Source: Octopus bimaculoides
Taxonomy: Eukaryota
Direction: 5' to 3'
Assembly (NCBI RefSeq): GCF_001194135.2
Contig: NC_068981.1
Span: forward strand, 47,510,632-47,574,631
DNA length: 64,000 nucleotides
Made by a program: the position numbers and the translations under genes. Numbering within the stretch: position 1 is the stretch's first letter; each line of letters begins with the position of its first letter. Of this stretch, positions 54,330 through 64,000 are shown piece by piece. The notes beneath the pieces are model-generated. The model saw only the letters and a list, made by a program, of their open reading frames with translations. It searched no databases and was not told the DNA's origin.

Positions 54330-55650
54330 TTCGCCCTATTGGGCGGCTTTTAAGCTAGCTCCTGTGGAGGCCACTTCATTGGGTTTGGAGCCCAAGACTT
54401 ACACTTCGTGCATAGTTTGAGTGTGATAGGAGTAGTACGGGTGTGACATCTTCTCGGATGTACATTGCAACTCCCCCATGACTTCTATCCCTTCTGTCTG
54501 TTCGGAGTACGGCATACTCTGGTATGTTTATCTCCGCATCTGCTATATTAGATGTTAGATGCGTTTCGGTAAGCACCATGCATATTGCTTGATTGCATGT
54601 AACTAGGTCCTTCAAGTATAGAAACTTGTCTTTGCCGCCTGTTCGTAATAGGCCCCGGATATTCAGTAGGAATATGGGTGTGATATCTGTGCAGGGGGTT
54701 CTTGGTTTTAGTGGTGGCCATCCCTGATCCATCGTCTATGGTGGTCTTGGATAATGGTTTGTGTGTTGTTGACACTGTATCCATGTTAGTTTATGTACCA
54801 TTTTCTGGACCATGCTTAAAAAGCTTGCTGTTCAGCTGCTGCAGTTCGTACAGCCTCTGCATACAGCCTTTTGTTGGGAGCAGAAGGAATATATGGACTT
54901 CTCTCTTTGTGAGTCCTGTTGGTTCTCGGTGGATTATGGGTATGCAGGTTTAAGCTTTTTGGTCTCCATTTTCTGCGCTCCCGCTTATTTTGTTGTGAGT
55001 GGTCATCTAGCTTGTTTAGCTGGTGGTGTTTGGGATGGATAAATTTGCAGTTTCGCCCTTTTTCCCCGTGCCAACAGGTACCATTTAGGTAGAATTTACA
55101 AATAATCTGTTTCTTTTTCGTTGCATAACTTGCTTGGGCTTGAAGCCTGTTTGTGTTCACCGTCTCCTTGTCTGTTCTCCTGTCTCTGTCGTTTGGTGTG
55201 TTGCTGCGTTGGCTGCGTTCACCATAGCCATTGCAGCCTTCAGCAGTGGCTACAGCACTGGTGGTATTTGCCTTGTTTCGGTCATCCGTTTCGCCCTCCT
55301 GAGCCTGAGCACAGTGTGCAGGGTCTTTCATTGTCCTTTTTAGAGTCTGCGTCTCTCCTAATACTTTCTAGGAGGTCAAGGAGTGGTTTTAAGAGTTCGT
55401 AGGAGCGAATGAGCGCCTGTTTCTTCCGTTCAATTTGAGACATTGATCTGTGGAAATTATACATATCCAAGGTTTCGGCTATGAGGTCATTTGCTGGTGA
55501 TCCTTTGGCCAGGTTCCATGCTTGTACAAGAAGGCGAATTTCCTCTAATTGCCAGTTTCGGCGCATATTCTTCTTCTTGTTAGCTTCAATTTGGCGTTGT
55601 ATAAAGCTTCGTCTGCTGGTTTCCATGGTGCACGGTATTTGAGAGAGAGA
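54330..55650 (-). mobile_element. CR1/L2-group LINE with ORF1 and only the start of ORF2 (internally deleted)
   Basis: ORF1 pieces 55282-55626 and 54816-55331 include the CCCH finger CKFYLNGTCWHGEKGRNCKFIH. The ORF2 start is followed by ~70 bp ending in a cgccc-aata-gggcg hairpin. A purine-rich (plus strand) 5' region may extend to ~56180. Confidence 0.75.
54410..54732 (-). pseudogene. APE endonuclease N-terminus of LINE ORF2
   Basis: FLLNIRGL...MVLTETHL...EINIPEYAVLRTDRRDRSHGGVAMYIRE: the NxRGL, ETxL and RxDR..GGGVxxYI motifs. Homology ends after SHSN. Confidence 0.85.
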
Positions 55651-56179
55651 TTATCTTAGAGTATAGAGAAATACTAATAGACAGCAAGAAAAGAGGATAA
55701 AGAGGATACTAATAGAAAGGAGGAGAAAGAGGGGAGGGAGAATACGAAGTAGAGAGAATGTACAGGAATAGAGAATGCGTACAGAGTACGAAATAGGGAA
55801 TTTTGATTGATAGATAGATAGAGAGAGAGCGAGGATGTGATAGGAATAGAGATGTATGAGAAATAGAGAGAAGATAACTCAACAAAAAAACAAAACGAAA
55901 ATGAAAAGAAAAACAAAAACATATATCACGGAAAAGAGAGAGAGAGGATGAGAAACAGAGAAACTAAGATAGAAAAAGTGAAGGAGAGAAGATGGGATAA
56001 GAATAGAGATTTTTGAGAAAGAGTGTAAAATGAGGTGACTATGAAGGAGGTTCTCCGTATGTAAATAAACTAAACTATTGTGAAAGAAACTATCTCAGGC
56101 AATAAAAGTAAGATGGAAGGGAGAGAAAGAGAGAGAGAGAGATGTGATACGAATAGAGATTTTTGAGAAAGAGTGTAAA

Positions 56180-56201
56180 ACGATATATATATACATATAT
56201 A

Positions 56202-56260
<59 letters not shown>

Positions 56261-56295
56261 ATATATATATATGTGTGTGTGTGTATATATATATA

Positions 56296-56365
<70 letters not shown>
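56180..56365. repeat. (TA)n/(TG)n compound microsatellite
   Basis: Direct observation. Confidence 0.95.
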
Positions 56366-56367
<2 letters not shown>

Positions 56368-56590
56368 GAGAGAGGTGGAGATGCACATAATGCATACACA
56401 TGCACCACTCACGCAAAGAAACGCGCACACATATATAAGATTAATGTGTCTGTGCAGATGTTATGCAGTCGCTCTAATTTGTAAAATTATATTGTAAGTA
56501 GAAGGAGCAATGTGATGAATAATTTATATATACATTTAATAGTTTAATGGATGTTTAATGTCTGACAATTAGAGAAACTCAGTGCAAGTC

Positions 56591-56661
<71 letters not shown>

Positions 56662-57639
56662 CTATAAATGTTTATGTATGTGTGTGTGTGTGTGTTTGTA
56701 AATATATCTCTATATGTATATACATGAGTGCATACATAGTACATACATACATACATATATACATACATATATTCTATAAATTGTTCTCATCAATTACATA
56801 TTTATTTTTCTTCGTGGATGTGTTCGTGCATTTAGTTTCAAATTTCGTGTTTTGATTTTGTTTTTTTTAAGCAAGTTAAAATAATTTGTGGTAGATTTAC
56901 AGAATTGTTAATACTGTAGACAAACTTCTTTGTGGTGTTGAATTACTTATTATTACATTCTCATTAGAAGTAGACAGTGGTTTTTTAATCACTCTTTGCT
57001 TTCATTTTGCATTAGCTAATCTCTTTGGAAACTTGCAAGGTATGATGCACGTGGATACTTCACAATTCTCTGTGTTTTCATAATACTTTGGATTTGCGTT
57101 TGAATTTCGTATGTTTCAAATTTTGTTTACGAGAATTTAACTTCTGTGTAACTAACCACAATTTCACTGCTCCGCTGAACGATTCACAAAATGTAGATGA
57201 GAAAAAAGTCATGAATACATCTCAAATGCCTTAAATAGAAACTTTATGCTATAACGTCTGTATATCCATTAGCACTGTTAAAAATGTGATATATTTGACT
57301 TCCTTGTCGTTTGTGATTGGCCAGGTGCCTTGTGTGCAATTCACATATAATCAATTGTGTTTTTGTATTTTTCCAACAGATATGTATTCTCTATTCTGTT
57401 CAATATGAATCATATCATTAGACCCACCAATCGGGGGGCTAGTATCGTATAATATCATATAGTCTACCATATAATACTAAGATTATAACTATCCATTTAG
57501 CTACCAATATATTGATTAGTCGACTACAGTAGATAGCAATGTTTTCATCGCCGAACCATCTTCCTTCCGAAAATTCCTCCTTCGTCATCTCACTTGAATT
57601 TGATTCACACTTTCCTTCACTTAACATTCGCTCCCCTCT

Positions 57640-58088
57640 CTTCTCTCACTATCTTAATCATATTCACTACTATCCTAAATGTTTAACATCTCTTAATAAA
57701 CCCAGTAAAATTGACCCTCATCAAATATTGCTTACTACCACTCCCATTTATCTCACCATCTGGCCGCCTAATATCCCAGACTGCAACCCCTTGTTTATTA
57801 TGTGTAAGGTGCATTTGAGCAAGAGAACACCAATACTCTTTGCAACAGCAAGGGTTATGGCAGCGTTCACCAACTTAAACGAAGCTACAGTCCAGAGGAG
57901 TTAGAGGAGATTCCAAAGTTGTGTGGAGGTCGCAGTTGAAGCTAATGGCAATTTTATTGAATAGATTTACTCTTTAGTATTTGAAGATTTTGTTATGTAT
58001 TTTGGTAAGTATATCTGTTAAAATGAGATATGAATGTTATTTTCGTTTTTTCATAATTCAGATGACAGTTTATTCAATGCACTTTGTA
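57640..58088 (+). mobile_element. Tc1/mariner-superfamily (maT/DD37D-like) transposase C-terminus + 3' end
   Basis: IWPPNIPDCNPL, then RVMAAFTNLNEATVQRS..RRFQSCVEVAVEANGNFIE* (WPPxSPDxNPxD and ExxxEAxGxxxE motifs). Ends in ttattcaatgcactttgta. Confidence 0.75.
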
Positions 58089-58106
58089 GACACACACACA
58101 CACACA

Positions 58107-58145
<39 letters not shown>

Positions 58146-58499
58146 NNNNNNNNNNNNNNNNNNNNNNNNNNNNNNNNNNNNNNNNNNNNNNNNNNNNNNN
58201 NNNNNNNNNNNNNNNNNNNNNNNNNNNNNNNNNNNNNNNNNNNNNNNNNNNNNNNNNNNNNNNNNNNNNNNNNNNNNNNNNNNNNNNNNNNNNNNNNNNN
58301 NNNNNNNNNNNNNNNTATATATATATATATATATTAAAATAAATCTTCTCTATTGATGTTAATAAGATATATATACTTATTATGCTTTTATTGATTAGGC
58401 CATTTTATTCATTTTCTATGGTGCCCTGCCCTACCTGATTATTTCTCATTATTTTATAATAGCCTTTATTTATTTATAATACAAATATAATTTTTGTTC

Positions 58500-59110
58500 C
58501 TCAATAAATTCATACTTCGCATATATAAAACAATACTGGTATATTCACTACTTAAAATAAACTGCTTAGATTATTTTATTTAATATAGAATTAGCATGTT
58601 CTTTTACCTCAGTAATCTTTTATTAAATATCAGTGCATACCAATTGATCAATATTCACAGATTCCATCTGATAAGTTACTATAGAAGTATATAATATGTA
58701 TAAATATTAAACTATTTCTTGATAATCTCTTTTCCCCTATCTAATGTGGTAAAAATTTGGTCTATAAATTCAAATTGACCCCATAAAACAGTGGCAAGCA
58801 AAATCTGTAACAAGTCTTTCTTCCTGATACCTTTGTAGCTTCTAAGCTGAAGTGAAGGTAGCATGTTCTCAGTCTATCTCCTTACCTTCCTGGAGAATTT
58901 AAGGAAAATTATACTAATGTGTCCATCTGTTTTAATTTAGTTAAATTCTATGTCTTTATGCAGCTGAGGTTTACTCTGCATTTTAATTGATGTAAGGACT
59001 GCATTTTTGAATTAAATGGAGTTGCTTGAAACGATCGTACTGCATTACCTCTGGATATCTTTGTTGCTTATTTTGATATATATAGGTAGATAGACAGATA
59101 GACATATGGA
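58500..59110 (+). mobile_element. Penelope-like 3' remnant related to 18.9-19.14 kb
   Basis: Shares atttaag..tatactaatgtgtcc..tgcagctga..ctgcatt..aattaaatggag..cttgaaac..gcattac..gatatct..ttattttgat with the 19-kb copy. A degenerate P(Y)NSG.SKICN motif lies upstream. Confidence 0.45.
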
Positions 59111-59194
59111 TATAGATATATACATATATATACATACATACATATGTACATATGTAGGAGGAGAATTCACAAAAAAAAAAACACAAAAGACAAA

Positions 59195-59357
59195 GGCGGG
59201 TGTTTGAGACTTCAAACAGTTGTATTAGTTTAACGCTCGGGAAGTGAAAAAGTTTTTAACGTTTCGAGCCTACGCTCTTCCACAGAAAGGAATACAAAAA
59301 TAAACAAGGAGACAAAATAAAGAATGTGTAGTGGCTAGCGATCTATCATGGCGAATG
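59195..59357 (-). mobile_element. Short repeat with a Penelope-type terminal motif (hammerhead-like variant)
   Basis: Reverse complement: cctttCTGTGGA-a-gagc-gtag-gctc-GAAAC-gtt-aaaa; perfect 4-bp helix II and AACGTT palindrome. Confidence 0.5.
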
Positions 59358-59706
59358 CTAGACAGAGGGTTCAAACAGGATTGCTAGGAAGAAGGGGGAT
59401 AATAAAGTAGTGGTGATCCCTAAACGAAGGTGCGCGTGCGTGTATATAAGAGGGCCTGTATGTGTATGTGGAAGAGGGGTGATAACCTTGACGTGTGCGT
59501 GTTTGTGTGTGTAGCTGTGTGGAGGATGGTGTGGAGGTGGGAAGTGGTCAGTGCTAGTGTATGCGTGGTGGTGTGATGTGATGTGGTGTTGTGAGGTATA
59601 GTGGTGGTGTATGTTGTGATGGGCTGGAGTTGGGATTTGTAGGAGGCGAGAGTGGGGAAAACAAGGGTGGCGTGTGGAAGAGGTAGAGGTGGGGTATCTG
59701 GGAGTG

Positions 59707-59749
<43 letters not shown>

Positions 59750-60139
59750 NNNNNNNNNNNNNNNNNNNNNNNNNNNNNNNNNNNNNNNNNNNNNNNNNNN
59801 NNNNNNNNNNNNNNNNNNNNNNNNNNNNNNNNNNNNNNNNNNNNNNNNNNNNNNNNNNNNNNNNNNNNNNNNNNNNNNNNNNNNNNNNNNNNNNNNNNNN
59901 NNNNNNNNNNNNNNNNNNNNNNNNNNNNNNNNNNNNNNNNNNNNNNNNNNNNNNNNNNNNNNNNNNNNNNNNNNNNNNNNNNNNNNNNNNNNNNNNNNNN
60001 NNNNNNNNNNNNNNNNNNNNNNNNNNNNNNNNNNNNNNNNNNNNNNNNNNNNNNNNNNNNNNNNNNNNNNNNNNNNNNNNNNNNNNNNNNNNNNNNNNNN
60101 NNNNNNNNNNNNNNNNNNNNNNNATATATATATATATAA

Positions 60140-60360
60140 CGAATTCGAATGTGTAGCTTATTACGAATTTGAACCTAAAGTCAAAATTAATACAGTTCAC
60201 AAGAGTGAAAGCGGGCGCTGGCTAACAACACTTTTGCTTAGAATACGAGTTAAACCAACTAAAAACCCACAAAAGCACTATCTGAAGACTGAGGCTATAA
60301 GAGTCTCTGATGAGGATTAAGATGTTCAACATCAAAATCCGAAATCTCAAACCGACAATA
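60140..60360 (+). mobile_element. Putative Penelope-type terminal repeat with hammerhead core
   Basis: gagtct-CTGATGA-ggatt-aa-gatgt-tca-acatc-aa-aatcc-GAAA at about 60301-60345. Confidence 0.4.
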
Positions 60361-62826
60361 TATGCTGGGAACTTACCTCCCTTTTGCAGTCATAAATCAG
60401 TGCTATTGTGGTCTTAGAGTTATTTTAACTCTAACATATATATATAGAAAGAATTATGCTCTGTTGACATGTGTGTATGGGATATTGCATCACCTACTCC
60501 GTAGTGTTAGAATTAAAACAATATTTAATCGAACAAATAAATACTGAATAAACGGATTAGTTTCGCACGCAAACACACAGAGACACTTGTAAGTGTGTGT
60601 GTGTGTGTATATATACTTGTGTGTGTGTATGAATCCATGAATACATATATGCATATACAAACATACATACATGCATGTATGTGCCAATGAATGTATATAT
60701 ATCGATACATGTCAGCGACAAACATTCGGGATTTCCTTTCATTTATTTATTATATTTTAAACAATGTAATGCATCGTCCGACTTGTTAATTCAGGAAATA
60801 TCTACATGCATTTGCTATTGAAGTGTTTATAAAGTTTTGTTTAACAAATTTTACCAAAATTTAATCCCTCATAGGCAATATAGTCAATGTATAATAGTCG
60901 CTTTATATAACAATATTTATTATTTATAATTTGTTAGAATTAAAAATAAAAACTATATGTAAATGATTGATTTGGAGTATGTATTATATCATTTTATCAT
61001 GTGTCTCAATTAATTCGCTTCATAAAGTCATTCTTCCATATCTGACTGAAAATTTTCTATTCGTTCTAATTCACTTTAATGAATTAATGTTACTTATAAA
61101 GCACCCATAGACTGTGCTAAAAATAATTTCCTGATTAGATTAATGAATCATAGTTAATGAAATTGTTTATATAATGCTATCGGAAAAACATTCTGTCATT
61201 GTCAATTGAAAACATTTAATGTTTATTATAATATTGAATAATTCATTTCATATTACAGATCAAAATCATTCATTAGATATATAATCCAACAAACATTATT
61301 GTGTCAAAATCTCTGGTATAGGTATTCAGCAATTCTTAAACAAATACGGATTTAAAATGGGTTTTATTGAATTAACATCTAAGGGCATATATTTAGCATG
61401 TCGTCTGTGTATGACATATAGATTATAAAATAATTCATTTTCTATTATACTACGACACAATGATGCTGCGAAGGTGACTTGTGTTCTCTAATATGAACAC
61501 ACATTTCTTAGTTAATTTCGCACAAATTTTACTTACCGTCGTACATCTGTTTCTCAGCGTGTTAGTTGGCTAATTTGTTTCACATTTACAATACACATAA
61601 CATTCCGAAAAATATACGGCCACTTTCGCATATTTATCTCTCAACAACTTAATAAAGAAGCGATAAATGTAATATAAATATATTCAATTTTGAAATATAA
61701 GAATCTCTGATAAGTAATAATTATCGATATTTAAACCGTGCGTTTTGCTTCTGCACTCATTAGATACGGAATAGCGTTAGATACAAAAGGCCTTCTAAGA
61801 TGCCGAGATAGGAATCGATATTTTGCTGTATTTGAGGCTCATACGCACTACTTACTTCAGTTTTCTAGGAGCAAATTGTGTTCGCTGATCTGAGGTATAT
61901 ATGCAAATAGTGTAGTGTCAATCTTCTCCTGTGCACCAGCGCCGCACATGTAGAACATGGTTTTATACATACTCCAAACAAGAGAGTGCAATTTGCTCTA
62001 AAATGAGTGTAGTGCGAGAGGTGAACTTGCTGCAAATACAGAAATATGTCGTTACTAATTCTTTTCGAAAACCTTACCTTAGCTGCCTCTACAGGTCTGA
62101 AATATTCAGTGTTTTTTTTTCTTTTTTTTTTTTTTTTTTTTTTTTTGTCTTTTTAACACGTCTTAAAAGCAATTTTTTACGTTAATAAGGCCCGCATAAA
62201 CAAAAGACATGCAGTAAGAATGTGACGTCGATGATAATAGAAACATATTGAAAATTACAAAATAATTTCTTTATCACAAATGTATATATGAATAACAAAA
62301 TATTCAGTTCAAATTAAAAGCTTTATTTTTAAAATAATTCGTCAACACTTCTACTAATGTTTTTTTTAAATTACTTTTTCTAATGAAGGCATTACGAATA
62401 TAAGTATTTTTGTTAAGTTTTAAACTAAGAATACACATTGATAGCAAGCTTTGCCTCAAAATTAAACATTAATCACAGGGAATGTTTAATTATAACATGT
62501 TTCCGATAAAAACCTTTTTTTTTTTTATCATTAATTTTTTTGGCAAAAGGTGTTGTCTAGTTCTAAGATATTTCAAGGGACACCTTTTTCTCAATACATA
62601 ATACTGATTTGATAAAGCTTTTAGAGAAGAGATTTTCGCAATCTGTAAATATATCAGACAAAACTAAGGAACATATAACTATTTACGAGATAACTGCGAT
62701 GGTGTTCTTTTTCTAGCATAACAAAAATAGCTTGTGATTATGTGGTGTTTTCACAGAATAAAAATATTAGCTTATTATGACTTGATTTCTGTTAAAACAC
62801 TGCATTCTTATCTCATCAATATCATT

Positions 62827-62993
62827 TTACGTTCTGAGTTCAAATTCCGCCGAGGTCGACTTTGCCTTTCATCCTTTCGGGGTCGATAAATTAAGTACCA
62901 GTTACGCACTGGGGTCGATGTAATCGACTTAATCCCTTTGTCTGTCCTTGTTTGTCCCCTCTGTGTGTAGCCCCTTGTGGGCAATAAAGAAAA
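62827..62993 (+). mobile_element. SINE family B variant, 5'-truncated, with a Tx1-like 3' tail
   Basis: ttacgttctgagttcaaattccgccgaggtcgactttgcctttcatcctttcggggtcgataaattaagtacc..gtcgatgtaatcgactt, then aatccctttgtctgtccttgtttgtcccctctgtgtgtagccccttgtgggcaataaagaaa. Confidence 0.85.
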
Positions 62994-63507
62994 GAATATC
63001 ATTTAATGCTATATTCTAACCATAAATAAATAATTGACAGAAGAATTTGTATTTTCGAATTTTAAAGAATAAGCTACCTATAAATATAGAATACATCATT
63101 CAGCTTCATTGTAAAATATCGATGCAAGTTACGGCCTTCCAGTTTTTTTTAACGTGATTTTAATTGTTCATAATATAAAAGAGAAGCCACAGTGATAATA
63201 TTTGTGTTACTTTTGCTTAAGCAATAATTGTTTAAGTGACCATTTATCATGAACATTTGCTAATTATTTGAATTTACATCGCTTATATAGTATCCATTAA
63301 ACTCAAAAATATATAAGATTCTAAGGTGTATTTCTTTGGGCAATGACTTCAGGCAAGACTGTGTGTTAGTGTGTACATCCATTCATTGTGGAAGCCGAAC
63401 TTGTTTACTGTATTTAATACATAAATTGAGAGACCATTATATAAATCAAATTTTATCTTCATGATCACTACATGATTCAGAAAAATATGAAATAAGATAA
63501 CATAATA

Positions 63508-63648
63508 CAGGCTCAGGAGTGGCTCTGCGGTAAGATGCTTGGCTTACACCCACAAAGTTGTGGGTTCAATAGCCTCGGTTTGACCAAATCCTTGTGATTG
63601 GATCTGGTAGACGGAAACTGAAAGAAACCCGTCGCATATATATATATA
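63508..63648 (+). mobile_element. SINE family D 5' part, interrupted by the next element
   Basis: caggagtggctctgcggtaag...ggtagacggaaactgaaagaaacccgtcg + (TA)n. Confidence 0.75.
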
Positions 63649-64000
63649 TCTATATATATATATATAAATGAGAATGTGTGTCTGTCTGTCTGTCTGTCTG
63701 TCTCTGTCTGTCTGTCTGCCTGTCTGTCTGTCTGCCTGTGTGTCTGTCTGTCTGTATGTCTGTCTGTCTGTGTGAATCCCTAAAACTCGAGAACTACGCA
63801 ACCAATTTCAATCAAATTTTACACATTCCTTACTTAGGGTTCCAGTTGTGTTTTAGTCAAAAAAAGATTATTAACTTCTTGCAGAGTTCGAGCACACGGC
63901 AACATAATATATCCTCCACTATTTAAGTATTACGTGTCAAAAGTGAAACAAAAACACTCATGTCAAATACTTTCACTTTAAAAATGAAACTATTCCCCTA
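63649..64000 (+). mobile_element. Probable Helitron/Helentron-derived non-autonomous element, 5' end (continues beyond the window)
   Basis: a|TCtatatatatatataaatgagaatgtgtg + (TCTG)n + aactacgcaaccaatttcaatcaaattttacaca. A 5' TC, internal (GTCT)n and this downstream motif are typical of DINE-1/Helitron-N-type elements. Confidence 0.55.

Noticed and set aside
56001-56179. 30-bp direct repeat gaatagagatttttgagaaagagtgtaaaa as LTR or TSD
   Set aside because: It lies in low-complexity purine-rich sequence upstream of the LINE and has no match at the element's other end; most likely a local duplication.
56070-56497. YI/HT/CV-repeat and homopolymer ORFs (also 4299-4606, 8671-8977, 9774-10090, 14348-14673, 26801-27019)
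   Set aside because: Translations of microsatellites; no evidence of coding function.
61850-62110. Minus-strand mini-exons with strong GTAAG donors
   Set aside because: Every frame tested hits a stop or gives no recognisable protein; it cannot be supported without transcript data.

Overview
AT-rich, microsatellite-dense animal genomic DNA from a draft assembly with 11 N-gaps (largest 7017-7545, 28933-29714, 41834-42282, 47160-47820, 59750-60123). The repeat families resemble those I associate with octopod cephalopods (inference, not verified). I could not identify any host-gene exon with confidence, so the window looks intronic or intergenic. All recognisable coding sequence belongs to transposable elements: three divergent L1/Tx1-like non-LTR elements (one near full length, two apparently ORF1-only), a CR1/L2-group element with an internal deletion, several R4/Dong-like endonuclease fragments in TAA tracts, Penelope-like remnants, three Tc1/mariner remnants, two Helitron pieces and four tRNA-derived SINE families. 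The central structure is a ~154-bp satellite of about 24-25 units (26.96-37.41 kb) interrupted by two of the Tx1-like LINEs. The main unexpected signals are: (i) a Penelope-type minimal hammerhead-ribozyme motif in the 3' tail of one tRNA-derived SINE family; (ii) a degenerate version of the same motif in the satellite units, suggesting a retrozyme-like or Penelope-terminal-repeat origin; (iii) an ORF1-only Tx1-like element inside a SINE head with a 12-bp target-site duplication; (iv) a SINE variant whose tail matches the Tx1 3' end; (v) a 1.5-kb long inverted repeat. Coordinates were read by eye and are approximate to a few bases, more at degenerate ends.
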